DNA of 64,000 nt from Nemertoderma westbladi (lineage: Eukaryota; Animalia; Xenacoelomorpha): contig JAUCBJ010003020.1 in assembly GCA_032718475.1 (NCBI GenBank), positions 1 through 64,000 of the forward strand, written 5' to 3'. The first letter of the stretch is position 1. Every line of letters starts with the position of its first letter. Below, one piece after another: positions 11,946 to 23,361 of this stretch. The notes under the pieces are model-generated. The model saw only the letters and a program-made list of their open reading frames with translations, was not told where the DNA came from and did no database searches. The position numbers and the translations under genes were made by a program.

Positions 11946-12336
11946 AACACAGTACAGAGAAGTACAAGTATAGCCAACACAGTATAAAACTCAACGATTC
12001 TGCAACTATAGAGACAAGTAAACAAATTAACTGAGAGGGAAGATGTTCATTCTTCGATTTTTATATTCATATACAATAATTGTCATTTCCGTGGTAAAAA
12101 TAATTGAACACAAAAAATATTCAGATATAATTATTATTAAGACATAATGCGCCTTCGCATCCTGAGTTCCCTGGAATACGTACTATGTATTTGTTAATCT
12201 TGAATCTTGTTTCAAAACAAAGTATAATTACCCTCCCTAATTAGTGTGCGTAAACTACCCGGTTGAAACCTCATCGCAAAATATAAAATAAATGAGTCAT
12301 CTGATGTTTATAATGACGTTGATATTATTATACTGT

Positions 12337-13533
12337 TTATTTGGATATTTTAATAACTTTGGCCGGTTTCGTTTCATTCAGAGATGATGATTCCCGTTTT
12401 AGTATCTGAGATTCGTAGTTTTTGTTTCGATATTCCGGGAAGGTTGACATCGTTTCCGGATCCACTGGAAGCGGCTGTTCCTTAAAGTATGAGCTGAGGA
12501 GACATTCCTCGGCCTGTGCGCGCTTACGGGGGTCGTACATGAGCAGGAAGTTAAGGAGGCGAAGTCCCGACTCGCTGAGCCATGGGAGCAGCGCCTTAAC
12601 GTTGTTGTAGGGCTGTTTCTTCAAAGCGAACTTCTTGGGAATCGCGAGTCTTGAGAATCCCGGCCATAGCTTCTCTGTGGGCGTTCCCAGGAGATCAATG
12701 ATAAGATCGAGTTGGTTCAACTCGGTTTTCCCAGGGAGCAGCGGTTTGTGGGAGAGAAGTTCCCCCAGAATGCAACCCGCGCTCCACATGTCTATCCTAT
12801 TGGTGTAGCTAGTGGCCCCCAGGAGCAGCTCGGGTGCGCGGTACCACAGCGTCTGTACGCGGGGGGTTAGCGCCCCCAACGGTGGGTGCCCGAACTGCCG
12901 ACTCAGACCGAAGTCTCCCAGCTTCAGTACTCCTAGGTCTGTTAGCAGCAGGTTGGACACCTTTAGGTCGCGATGTATTATAAAATTTCCGTGTATGTAT
13001 TCCAAACCCCGAAACATTTGTACTGCGATGCATTTAACTTGACCTTCGGAGAATCTGCTAGGCATGTTATCCAACAGACTACCCAAGTCCTGCGAACAGT
13101 AATCCATTCTAAGGAATATGGCGTCGAGTTTCTTTCCGACCACAACTTCCGTCATATTTACGATGTTTTTATGTTTCAAATTGAGTAGTAAATTGATTTC
13201 CCGCAGTGCACTCAACGGGATACCTTCCTTCTCATTGTCCATTCTGACTTTCTTTAGAGCGACTATCTCCTTGGATACGGAGTCTCGCGCGCGGTAGACT
13301 ATCCCGTAGGTTCCCTCCCCGACTCGGTTTAGTTTCTCGAACTCGGCGACACTCCGACTAGTTCCGAACCGCAGCTCGGCTCCGACTCCTCGAACTCTTC
13401 CCGTCTCGATACTCGAGTACAGATGGTGTAAATCATCGTCTTCATCATCCGAAACTTCGGGTTTAATTCCTTTAACGAATTCCACCGTTCGAGATGCAGC
13501 GTCTTCTTTACTGAGCAGTTCAACATCTTCCAT
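12337..13533 (-). CDS. CDK10: Cyclin-dependent kinase 10, intronless, nested antisense in KAT7 intron 3
   Basis: 398-aa ORF with [28 protein letters not shown] (compare PISSLRE), [19 protein letters not shown] and the CDK10-type tail KQPYNN...[11 protein letters not shown]...[10 protein letters not shown]. Confidence 0.95.
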   Translation of the reverse strand: MEDVELLSKEDAASRTVEFVKGIKPEVSDDEDDDLHHLYSSIETGRVRGVGAELRFGTSRSVAEFEKLNRVGEGTYGIVYRARDSVSKEIVALKKVRMDNEKEGIPLSALREINLLLNLKHKNIVNMTEVVVGKKLDAIFLRMDYCSQDLGSLLDNMPSRFSEGQVKCIAVQMFRGLEYIHGNFIIHRDLKVSNLLLTDLGVLKLGDFGLSRQFGHPPLGALTPRVQTLWYRAPELLLGATSYTNRIDMWSAGCILGELLSHKPLLPGKTELNQLDLIIDLLGTPTEKLWPGFSRLAIPKKFALKKQPYNNVKALLPWLSESGLRLLNFLLMYDPRKRAQAEECLLSSYFKEQPLPVDPETMSTFPEYRNKNYESQILKRESSSLNETKPAKVIKISK

Positions 13534-13662
13534 AATTTATTACCCGGTAATATTATTACAGTATTAGATAGGCCTAGGCCTATTTAAATCGCACTGTCAG
13601 ATTATTAACTATGATGATTTGTTTCTCGCGCGACGGTTCGCATTCAGATATAGGCCTATACG

Positions 13663-13917
13663 TTATTGAACTCTCCTACTCGCGTGGTCTTTCGGCTGAT
13701 CGGGAAGTTTCACCAAGTTCGTGTCGATCTTACAGTCCTTGTCTCCGAGTTTAGTTTTGGGTTGCAGGAAGTAGCTGTGGATGTGTTCGCGTCTCCAGAC
13801 TTGAACTTTGGCTTCTCGTTGGTTTCGCAGATACCGGGAGTACGCTAAGACGGAAATCGTCGGCACCGTGACGACAAACAATACCGCCGTTACTTTCTTA
13901 CTAGCGGTAAAAGCCAT
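13663..13917 (-). CDS. Small 84-aa protein with one N-terminal hydrophobic helix; function unknown
   Basis: ATG in AT-rich context. Exon-like GC/CpG content relative to flanks. VTAVLFVVTVPTISVLAY followed by a basic segment. Confidence 0.55.
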   Translation of the reverse strand: MAFTASKKVTAVLFVVTVPTISVLAYSRYLRNQREAKVQVWRREHIHSYFLQPKTKLGDKDCKIDTNLVKLPDQPKDHASRRVQ

Positions 13918-14089
13918 GAATATTTAACAACAATCCTAAAACACAGATCAAGATTCAATATTCAGATATTGCAGTATTGTTTTACACAGACAGCAGACAG
14001 ACACACCAGCACACCTCACCTCAACGATATTCTGATATTACGGTAACACTAGGCTGCTAGGCTCTGAGGCTAGGCCTATCTTCCTATGG

Positions 14090-15757
14090 GGGTATAACTT
14101 TTGCGTAGAGGTATAGCCTACATAGAGGCTACATGTAGGTATGTGTAGCCTACATGTAGATGCACGTGTAGGGTGAATGTAGGTAGGTGTAGGTAGGTCT
14201 TTAAAAACAACAATGATGAATGAATAGGCCTACACGGGGTACCCGGACCCGAACTTCCTCGATGAGATGCGAATGCGGCGAACGGGGGTGGTACCCGGAA
14301 CAACCATGAAGAGATGCGCATATGGCGGGCGGTGGTACCCGAAACAACCAGGAGGAGATGCGAATACGTCGAATGGGGGTCCCCTGAATACCCACGAGAC
14401 GGAGCCTATCAATACTACAGTACTGACAAAGGAAAAAACGACTGAACGATATACCGATACATACTGTAGATCTTATGATCCTGCGGGTTCGGGCATGGAG
14501 GCTAATGACTTTGTATGGGCCGAACGGCCCGAACCTTATGTTTCCAGTCAAGGAGGAATCGACTAACGGTTCGGGTTAGAGCTCGTCGTCGGTGTCCATG
14601 AGGGTCTGAGGATGAGTGGGTAATTCAACAAAACGCTAACAATGATACCGGACTGACTGATTGAACCAGAGTGGCGATGGTAGTCGCTGATGTATATATA
14701 TTATATATATCATGTATTGATTGTTAGTAGATATTTTTTTATAGTATTTGTTTATTAAATTGTCTTCAATGTCTATATTGATAATATTGTGTGCTGTGCT
14801 GATTTTACTTATTTTTCACTTTATAAATCTTGCTGTGGCCGTTTTAATCTACTAAACTGCCGTATCAATTTCATGATATTTTAATGGATATGCAATTTAA
14901 CTTCTTCTTTCTATTAACTTTCAATGCAATCAAATATAACTGTAAAGCTATTGACTTTCGTGTTATTGTTTTGCTGTTACTTCGAGATGGGATTTGAATC
15001 CCATCGGATTACTGATTAATTCCCATCATCGAGATGGGAATACTTTATAATGAAACAGTGTGGTGGTCCGCGGGATAGTGGGAAGGGATGGGACTGTTGC
15101 TGGTTGGTGGAATGTGACTGCCTGAAAAATTAAAACAAACAAAACTTCCAGACTTCTATATTTTTACTTTCAAAACAAAACGTCCAAAACATTTCAATGC
15201 TGAAGTACTGTTCAAGTCCCATGGATGTATGGTTGATAAACAGATAAAGAGGGGCAGAGGGGGGTCAGGGTTTCTGGTAGACTATAGTCCCCGCGATGAT
15301 GGCTGTTCTTGTTTAGGCTGTTAGGTTACTCTTACTCAATAAACATATAAATCAGAACGAGTTAATCTAATGGAACGATGCCTTTCGTGGCGTTAGCATA
15401 CTCAAATTTATTAGGGCATAATATTTATGACGATGAGTAAGGGACTTTAGTATAATCAGAACGCGATGTTTGATATTTATACAGTACTGCAGTACGGTAT
15501 GCATTAAAACCTGTTGTCTGACAGCAGACAGGTCTGCAGGTTGATGTACCGTATTGTACCGTGGAGATCAGAGATTATTGCCATACATCCTGATTGACGA
15601 CCGTGTATCACGTTACTGCAAGTTGACACATAAATTACATTAATATCTATGGGACTACACCTACCTACATTCACCCTACACGTGCATCTACATGTAGGCT
15701 ACACATACCTACATGAAGCCTCTATGTAGGCTATACCTCTACGCAAAAGATATACCC
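14090..15757. mobile_element. Non-autonomous Mutator-like element with ~105-bp TIRs
   Basis: GGGTATAACTTTTGCGTAGAGGTATAGCCTACAT...GTAGGTAGGTGTAG mirrored at 15655-15757. Flanks TTCCTATGG / AGCCTATGG match at 7 of 9 bp (TSD-like). Confidence 0.85.
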
Positions 15758-18129
15758 AGCCTATGGTAGCATGTAGGCTAGGTAGTACAGTCAGACAGTA
15801 GACTGGTAGCAGGTGGTAGGCAGGGCAGGGTGCAAGGTGGGTAGGTCATAGAGGCCCTAATTCGAGTACGTCGGCCTGGGCCTGCAGGCCTATTCACCTA
15901 CCCACTACCAGCCTACCATATCCAATATCAGTGTTGAGTGTTTGAGACAGATCCCTAGCACCTTATAGGGTAGAGCCACTCTTGCACTCTAAGTTGACTC
16001 GGAGTTGTTACAATTTACAAATAGTATCAACAAATAGTGTACCAGAGGTACCACCAGGGTACCGGTACCTTCTGACCTAGTTTGTCTGAGTGTCTGACTG
16101 TACCGCGGTAGCTTACCCATGCCAGCATGCAGATGTTAGTTAGTACAGTAGTATGTACGCCGAACATATTGCACTAAAACGAAAGAAGTACAGGCAGGGC
16201 AGTCTCGTACCGGTACCTTAAAACGCCACTGAACAACTGAAGCCTGAGCTGAGCTGCATGCAATAAGCTAGTCAGCTGATACTGACTAAATTTCATATAC
16301 TGTAGCGATCAGCTGACATTATTTATCTTGGTATTTCCCAAAAAGTGAAGGGATTTTGATGCTTTTGAGGTTGATCCAGAACATTTATACTCACTGTTAT
16401 ACCAATGGAATGAGCCCCGACTCCAAAGTATAAACTATAAAGTGCCTTCCTTATATCTTAACGACAATGAAGTTTTGATAAGGTTGAGTTTGAGGGCTCG
16501 GCGTATTATATTATACTTCCAAGCAAAATAATCTTATTGAAGTGGTTTATCGAAAAAATTGTGACAAAGGTGCCAACAGTTTTTTGTGAGTACTGTGGGT
16601 ACATAGATGACACAATCCCATGTTCCAATAAATATTTGTAGTGTAACATATACAGTATTGATTGCTGGAAATCTTAATGAAATCGGCATAATCCAAGCCA
16701 AACATAATATAGAGTAAATCAATGGAGAATAAGAGCCGAAATAGCGATGTTCCAGAATATTTAATTTATTGTGCGATTAGCTGTGATTCAATGGGAAAGA
16801 AATACAAGTTCATTCTCCTGTCGTACAATAATATACCTGCCAACTCCCGAATAAGTTTAGATGGCTTTTTTTTTTATTAATGGTTGGCATCCACCTGATT
16901 TTTGTACTTCAAGACATGGCGAATCCAGCTAGGCCGGATGCCTCATCTGCATTTTTGATTTAATGCCTTTTTTTGGACTTCAAAGTTTTTTTGCTCGAAG
17001 GTGGCTTTTCGATTTTAGGATACAAGTTCATGGTGAATGTTAGTGAATTTCGTCTCTTAACCAGTGTATAAATTGAAAGTTAATCAAAATGCATCAATGT
17101 TGTCCTGAAACTGTTAGAAACACTTTGGTAAAGAAGAAAATTTCCGAAATTCCCTTGCAGTCCGCCAACCTGCCTCTAGTAACCGCCTTGGCCACAGATT
17201 TGTGAAATTAAATTATTAATTTATTTGTCTCACCTTTCCTTTTCCTGAGAATATCAACAAACAGTTTTAAAAATTAAAAAACCCATCACACAACGTAAAT
17301 AACATCTTGGGAACACATCAATGGCAATATAAAATCAAATAACGTCTAATGTCGCAGACCAAGGCCCATTATTTGGACCAGAGTAATTTACACAAGTATC
17401 AAAATATTAAGTTTATGTGGAAAATTCGTGTAACTTTACTCAACTATTTTCTCCCATATTTGTAATTATTTGAAAATATCACTTACAGCTCAGTAGCATG
17501 GTGATACTTCCTTTCATATTGTACATTTACAGTCCAGACAATTTAATAAGAATTAAATTTAACAATATAACTATAATGCAGTTTTCCCTAGTTTACCTTA
17601 CCAGAGTTTTGAAAGATTATGTGACACACGTCGCATAGCTATATCCTTCGACTGTTAGTCATCATCCTATCGTGACTTGGGGAATATTGTTTAATATAAA
17701 TATGAATTTTAAAGTATATCGGGCGTTTATCGAGACCTACAGTTAATAGTTAACTCACTCCAAATTCTGCTAAGATATTAATTTTGCAACAGGCAGGTAC
17801 ATCACACTATTCACCGTTTCGGCGAATTAATATTTTGTCTCAATGTTAAATTATCATATAATAATCATTTAGAGAAAGGAACAGTTTACATTGGCACGTT
17901 ATTCGAACCAAAATAATAAACGAATCTCAACAGAACAGATTGGAGTTTAATTTTTGAGAGTTGTCAGGTTTTATTTGCCTCGATTTTCCCCTGGAGAGGG
18001 ATCAATTTTGATTGCGTCGAAACTATCACTTGCATATGCCTATTATTATTATTACGACTTGTTGGAAATGGATGGTGACGAACATATTCCTCCTCTTGAA
18101 AGGAAAACTTGGCAGAATGTGGTTTGTGA

Positions 18130-19890
18130 AGAGACATGAATAATATATGGAGCAAAGAAAGATGATGTGGAAATTTCTACCAGAATCTACAAGCAGCTAC
18201 TGATGGTGTGGATCAGCATGCATTCTTAATTTGCCTGGGTGACTTTAATGCAAGTCTACATCACTCATCTACATTTCATACTGGACCAAGTGGTCACAGG
18301 TCCCAGATAGACCATATTCTGTTTCGTAGTAAATACAGGAGCACTGTTCTGTACAAGGCTGAAGTGTATTTGCACTTCGACCCTTATCCAGTTATTACCG
18401 CCTTATTGTGGCCAAGGAAGACTTAGTCACCCCGCGCTAGCAGAATTACGAAATATGCCTTGCCGCGGCATGACTGGTCCTCTTTGTTGCAACACCCCAG
18501 TTGTGAGATCCAGCTGCACACTACAGCTGAGCAACAGGTATGAGGTTCTCGCCTCTGCTGAGGCGGCAAATCACTGCGTGGGCTATACTGCCTTCACAGA
18601 AGCAGTTAAGTTAGCAGCTGCAGAAACAGTTCCTGTATACCCTCCATGAAATAGCCCCCCCCCCCCCCCCCCACCCCCCTCCCGGACTGACCACAGAATT
18701 CTAAGACATAGAATAAGTCCCGCCGACTCGGGCACACGGGGAAAGCCAAGGATGCAGTTATGGCTGCATCTTAACAGGCAGTACTCTGATAATTTGAAGG
18801 AGCTTATCAAAAGGCATGTTGTTGCCATTTGCCATTGACAATGCTCTGATGATTGCAGGCAATCAGCCCAGGCATGGCAATCAATAAACATGCTCACTGG
18901 GAGGAAAAATCAACCAACCACTAAGAAGGTTAAGCTGAATCTCCAGCTGAACTCATCAAAAGTTGGAAGGCCAATTTTGAGAAGCTTCTAAACAATGACA
19001 GAGTTTTGCTTGATAACTTTGAGGTACATTGAGTATCTGAGTCTATGCTCACAGACATCTCCTTGGCTGAAATCAAGACTTCAGTAAGGAACATCAAGAC
19101 CAATCGTGCCAGTGGAGTAGATGGCGTTCCTCCGGAAGTCTTTAAGATTCTTGAGTGTTTGGAGCTCATTAACTCCATTTTTGTGGATATGTATAGGTCA
19201 AAGACAGTCCGTCAAGAAATGAAAACAAATATGTTGGTCCCTGCCCTGAAGAAGGGCAACCTAACAACCTATGGATCTTTTCGTGGAATCTCGTTAATCT
19301 CGATTGCTGTAAAGCAATGCAACATAATTAATTATATTAAATTGCATCAGGGATCCCGTTGGAAAACTGTTACGTGGGAACCAAAATGGGTTCCGTAAAG
19401 GTCGTGGGACACGAAGCCTAAACTGGCACTTAGAAGAATAGTCGAAGAGTTATCAACAAAGAAAGACAGACATCTGGCTATTACCTTTGTTGATTTCTTT
19501 AAGGCCTTCGACTCAGTCTCCCGACCACGTATGTATGTTCAGCATACTGGCAGAATATGGGATTCCTGAGGAAATTATTGCAGCTATCAGATCACTGTAT
19601 GATGGTTCCACCACATTTGCCTCTACAGCTGATGGTGATACAGATCCATTCGAAGTGTTATGGGGAGTCCTCCAAGGAGACACACTTACACCATTCTTCT
19701 TCGTAATTGTTGATTATGTTCTACGTATGTCCTTAGACCATCTTAATAAAGATGGGGTGATTATAACACCCCCTACTGGCACAAAAAGTAGAGTAGAAAA
19801 AGTAGAGGTAACTCCAAGAAGACTAAAATCATGACAGTGAACCCAGACAGCCCTCAAGAAATGTCTGATCGTAAGGGGATAAGCTCACTC
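18130..19890 (+). mobile_element. Degenerate RTE-clade LINE (APE endonuclease and RT remnants)
   Basis: LGDFNA, SQIDHIL, LSNRYEVL, RASGVDGVPPEVFK, KKGNL...FRGISL, FVDFFKAFDSV, GVLQGDTLTPF; many stops and frameshifts. Confidence 0.88.
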
Positions 19891-19965
19891 AAGACAATTC
19901 GATTCGATTTTTCCTTTTGTAGGATTTTGTCTTCCTAATCTAGAGTGTGGTGTCTGTCTTTAGTC

Positions 19966-20175
19966 GTATGTAGTATACTTTGTTATTATGCAGTATGCTT
20001 TGTTATTATGCAGTACGCTTTGCTATTATGCAGTATGCTTTGTTATTATGTAGTATGCTTTGTTGTTATGCAGTATACTTTGTTATTATGCAATATGCTT
20101 TGTTATTATGCAGTATGCTTTGTTATTATGCAGTATGCTGTGCTATTATGCAGTATGCTTTGTTGTTACGCAGTA
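19966..20175. repeat. 20-bp minisatellite (~10 copies) just upstream of the KAT7 exon 4 acceptor
   Basis: Unit TGTTATTATGCAGTATGCTT. Confidence 0.92.
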
Positions 20176-20205
20176 ACATCGATAACATTCCCGTTATTTT
20201 TCTAG

Positions 20206-21099
20206 GAAATCCAACGCTCTGGACTGCGAGAAGGTAAAGTGAAACTGGTACAGATGGGGCGATACGAGATGGAGTCGTGGTACGCTCCGCGGTACCCAGA
20301 CGAATATAACGACGTCTACAAACTCTACCTGTGTCAGCACTGTCTCAAATACTATAAGAGCTCCACAAAACTAGAACGACACAATACCAAGTGCACGCTA
20401 CGGCATCCCCCGGGCAACGAGGTATATCGCAAGAGAGGCATGTCCTTCTGGGAGGTAGACGGCGTTGTCTCGCGAACCTACTGCCAGAACCTCTGTCTGT
20501 TAGCCAAACTCTTCCTCGACCATAAGACCCTGTACTGGGATGTAGAGCCTTTCCTCTTCTACGTCCTCACTGAGTATGTCGGATCTTCATTCAACATCGT
20601 CGGATACTTCTCCAAGGAGAAGACCTCGGATGGTAACAACGTGAGCTGCATCCTTACACTCCCCCCATATATGCGACAAGGTTACGGACGACTTCTGATC
20701 GATTTCAGCTATCTGCTGAGTCGCGTTGAGGGCCGTCATGGCACGCCAGAACGACCGCTATCCGATATGGGGTTGCTAAGTTACCGCGCCTACTGGAAGG
20801 ACGTGCTACTCGAACATATCGCGTCGTGTAAATCCGATGAGTTATCGGTAAAGGCGATATCGGCGGCGACGTCTATAAAACAGGAAGATTTGATCTCGAC
20901 TCTGCAGTCCATGGGTCTGCTCAAGTATTGGAGGGGAAAGCACATAATCCTTCGTAACCAGGAAATGTTGGAGGAATACGGGATTAAAGTGAAACAGAGG
21001 AAAGATTCTGGCAAGGTGTTGGCACCGACTCATCTACAATGGGAAGTCCCTCAGTGTAGTCGTCGAGATGGCACATCAAACACAGCCGCCAGGAAATAA
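20206..21099 (+). CDS. KAT7: KAT7-like exon 4: complete MYST HAT domain
   Basis: Acceptor TTTTTCTAG, phase 0. GRYEMESWY, CQHCLKY, HPPGNEVYR, YCQNLCLLAKLFLDHKTLY, NVSCILT (catalytic Cys), YMRQGYG (acetyl-CoA motif as in KAT7), GTPERPLSD (catalytic Glu). Stop TAA at 21097-21099. Confidence 0.96.
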   Translation, partial: EIQRSGLREGKVKLVQMGRYEMESWYAPRYPDEYNDVYKLYLCQHCLKYYKSSTKLERHNTKCTLRHPPGNEVYRKRGMSFWEVDGVVSRTYCQNLCLLAKLFLDHKTLYWDVEPFLFYVLTEYVGSSFNIVGYFSKEKTSDGNNVSCILTLPPYMRQGYGRLLIDFSYLLSRVEGRHGTPERPLSDMGLLSYRAYWKDVLLEHIASCKSDELSVKAISAATSIKQEDLISTLQSMGLLKYWRGKHIILRNQEMLEEYGIKVKQRKDSGKVLAPTHLQWEVPQCSRRDGTSNTAARK

Positions 21100-22482
21100 A
21101 CTCTTCTTCTAACTTATATGACTCTCAGCTCGGTAATGCGTATATCGAGAATATATTATTGTACTGTAAAAGAAAGTGTTAGTTCATTCATTAAATTCGA
21201 TAGATTATAAGGCATTCAAACTGTAGTTATTACATTGTTTTATAAAATGTTTCCTGAAAACCAAATTTATATTTAGGGTCAGGAATAGGTTACTGTGTCC
21301 GACGAGGAGAGAGTCAATAGTGCGGGTTACTGTTTACTTTTGTTCCATTAATAACCCCCCCCCCCCCCCCCCTCCCCCAGCCCTTGTTTCAAATCTTAGT
21401 CTTAATATAGAGGGTAAAGAAAGAGTTGGGTAGTTATGAGTATTGAACCTTGGGAGTTCGTGTGGCGCCCGCGCGCCCTCATTATTTGTTCCTGTAAAGT
21501 GCTAAATAACACGTAAGTAAAGCGAAATGGGGCCAAGACTTCCTTCCCCGACTTACAGAGCCTTGTGCAGCTCTACTTCAATTGAGAATTAATGTTCCCC
21601 TCGTTTATTATACCAAAGGCACTCAATCCATTTATTTATTACTTACAAAGGCAAGGAGTATGAATAACGACACTGTTTACGTCCCTTCTTGGTACCGGTA
21701 CCCACTGCGACTGCAGGATTTTTAATATTTCCCATTATTGGAATATCGAATTGTTCGTTTCAAATTACCCCTATAGCTATAAAGCTCGCTGAGAAGGGAC
21801 TAGCGTGCTGGCCTCCTACCAGTTTATTGTTGGGCAGGGCATTGCTAGGATTAATTTACGGTTACCATAGTTCGAACTTTTAATTGATCAACTTTTGCAG
21901 CTATTATCCGGCTATACAATGGATTTCAATGTTAATCGCATTCGCCTTCATTATATTACTTCAGGGGCGTTTCCACTCAATTCCGACCACTTTACAGTAC
22001 TACCAAACTAAGGGTGTGTCAGATAAAAACGCTCTATTATTCCGCTAAAACTATGGACATTATGGTTTTTTACCTATTAGTAAATAACATTCTGCAACTT
22101 AGGCAAACCTCCTAAACCGCACGATACGAATAAAATCGGAAAGGATATTCGAAATAAGGCGCAAAATTGTCATTTTTAATATAGGCATGTAAAACTGACA
22201 GTGTTGGAGCTTTTATTATAGATAAGCCAATGTTCCCGTGTAGCAGTGTTCCACTGCGGTGTAATCTCCAGTGTAGTCAGGTGGAAGACAGCGACTCCAC
22301 TGTTGATGACTACACAGCAAAATCTCTAGTCTTCCAAACGACAACCAGAATGTTTGTAAAGTACCAATGTTTGTCAACAAAGGATTTATTCATCACGAAG
22401 TTTGCAAACCAATGCAATGGCTTGAAAAATTGTGTATAGATATATACCTTACATAGGTAGGAAAGGGATGTGTTGCTAAACA

Positions 22483-23361
22483 AGGGTTTAGTGGGGATTA
22501 TGTTTACCAGCCAAGGCCAATGGTTTAATGGGGATTATTTTTACCAGCCAGGGCCAATGAATGGGGATTATGTTTACCACCAAGACCATTGGTTTAATGG
22601 GGATTATTATTATTATTATGTTTACCCGCCAAGGCCAACAATGGTTTAATGGGGATTATTTTTACCAGCCAGGGCCAATGGTTTAATGGGGATTATGTTT
22701 ACCAGCCAAGTGGGGATTATGTTTACCAGCCAAGACCAATGGTTTAATGGGATTATGTTTACCAGCCAGGGCCAATATAATGGGGATTATGTTTACCAGC
22801 GAAGCCAATCGTTTAAAGGGCTTTATGTTTACCACCCAAGCCAATCTTTTAATGGAGATTATGTTTACCACCAAGACCAAGGGTTTAATGGGGATTATGT
22901 TTGCCAGCCAACTGATCTATGACAATTTGGTTTAATGGGGATTATGTTTACCACCAAGACCAAGGGTATAATGGGGATTATGTTTGCCAGCCAACTGATC
23001 CATGACCATTGGTTTAATGGGGATTATGTTTACCACTAAGACCAAGGGTTTAATGGGGATTATGTTTACCAGTCAAGGCCAATGGTTTGGTTTAATGGGG
23101 ATTATGTTTACCACCAAGACCAAGGGTTTAATGAGGATTATGTTTGCCAGTCAAGGCCAATGGTTTGGTTTAATGGGGATTATGTTTACAAGCCAAGGCC
23201 AATAGTTTAATGGGGATTATGTTTACCAGCCAAGCCAATCGTTTAATGGGGATTATGTTTACCACCAAGACCAAGGGTTTAATGGGGATTATGTTTGCCA
23301 GCCACTTGCGCCAAGACCAATAGTTTAATGGGATTATATTTAACAGCCAAGGCCAATGGTT
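22483..23361. repeat. ~39-bp minisatellite with length variants
   Basis: Unit GGTTTAATGGGGATTATGTTTACCAGCCAAGGCCAAT, about 20 copies. Confidence 0.92.

Larger units (their letters stand above)
8823..11986. repeat. 30-bp minisatellite split into three blocks (8823-8903, 10589-11225, 11945-11986) by two TE insertions
   Basis: Unit AGCCAACACAGTACAGAGAAGTACAAGTAT; register resumes after each insert. Confidence 0.93.

Noticed and set aside
16330-17450. Possible transposase or gene relic in KAT7 intron 3
   Set aside because: Looks coding-like in places but I found no recognisable motif in any frame.
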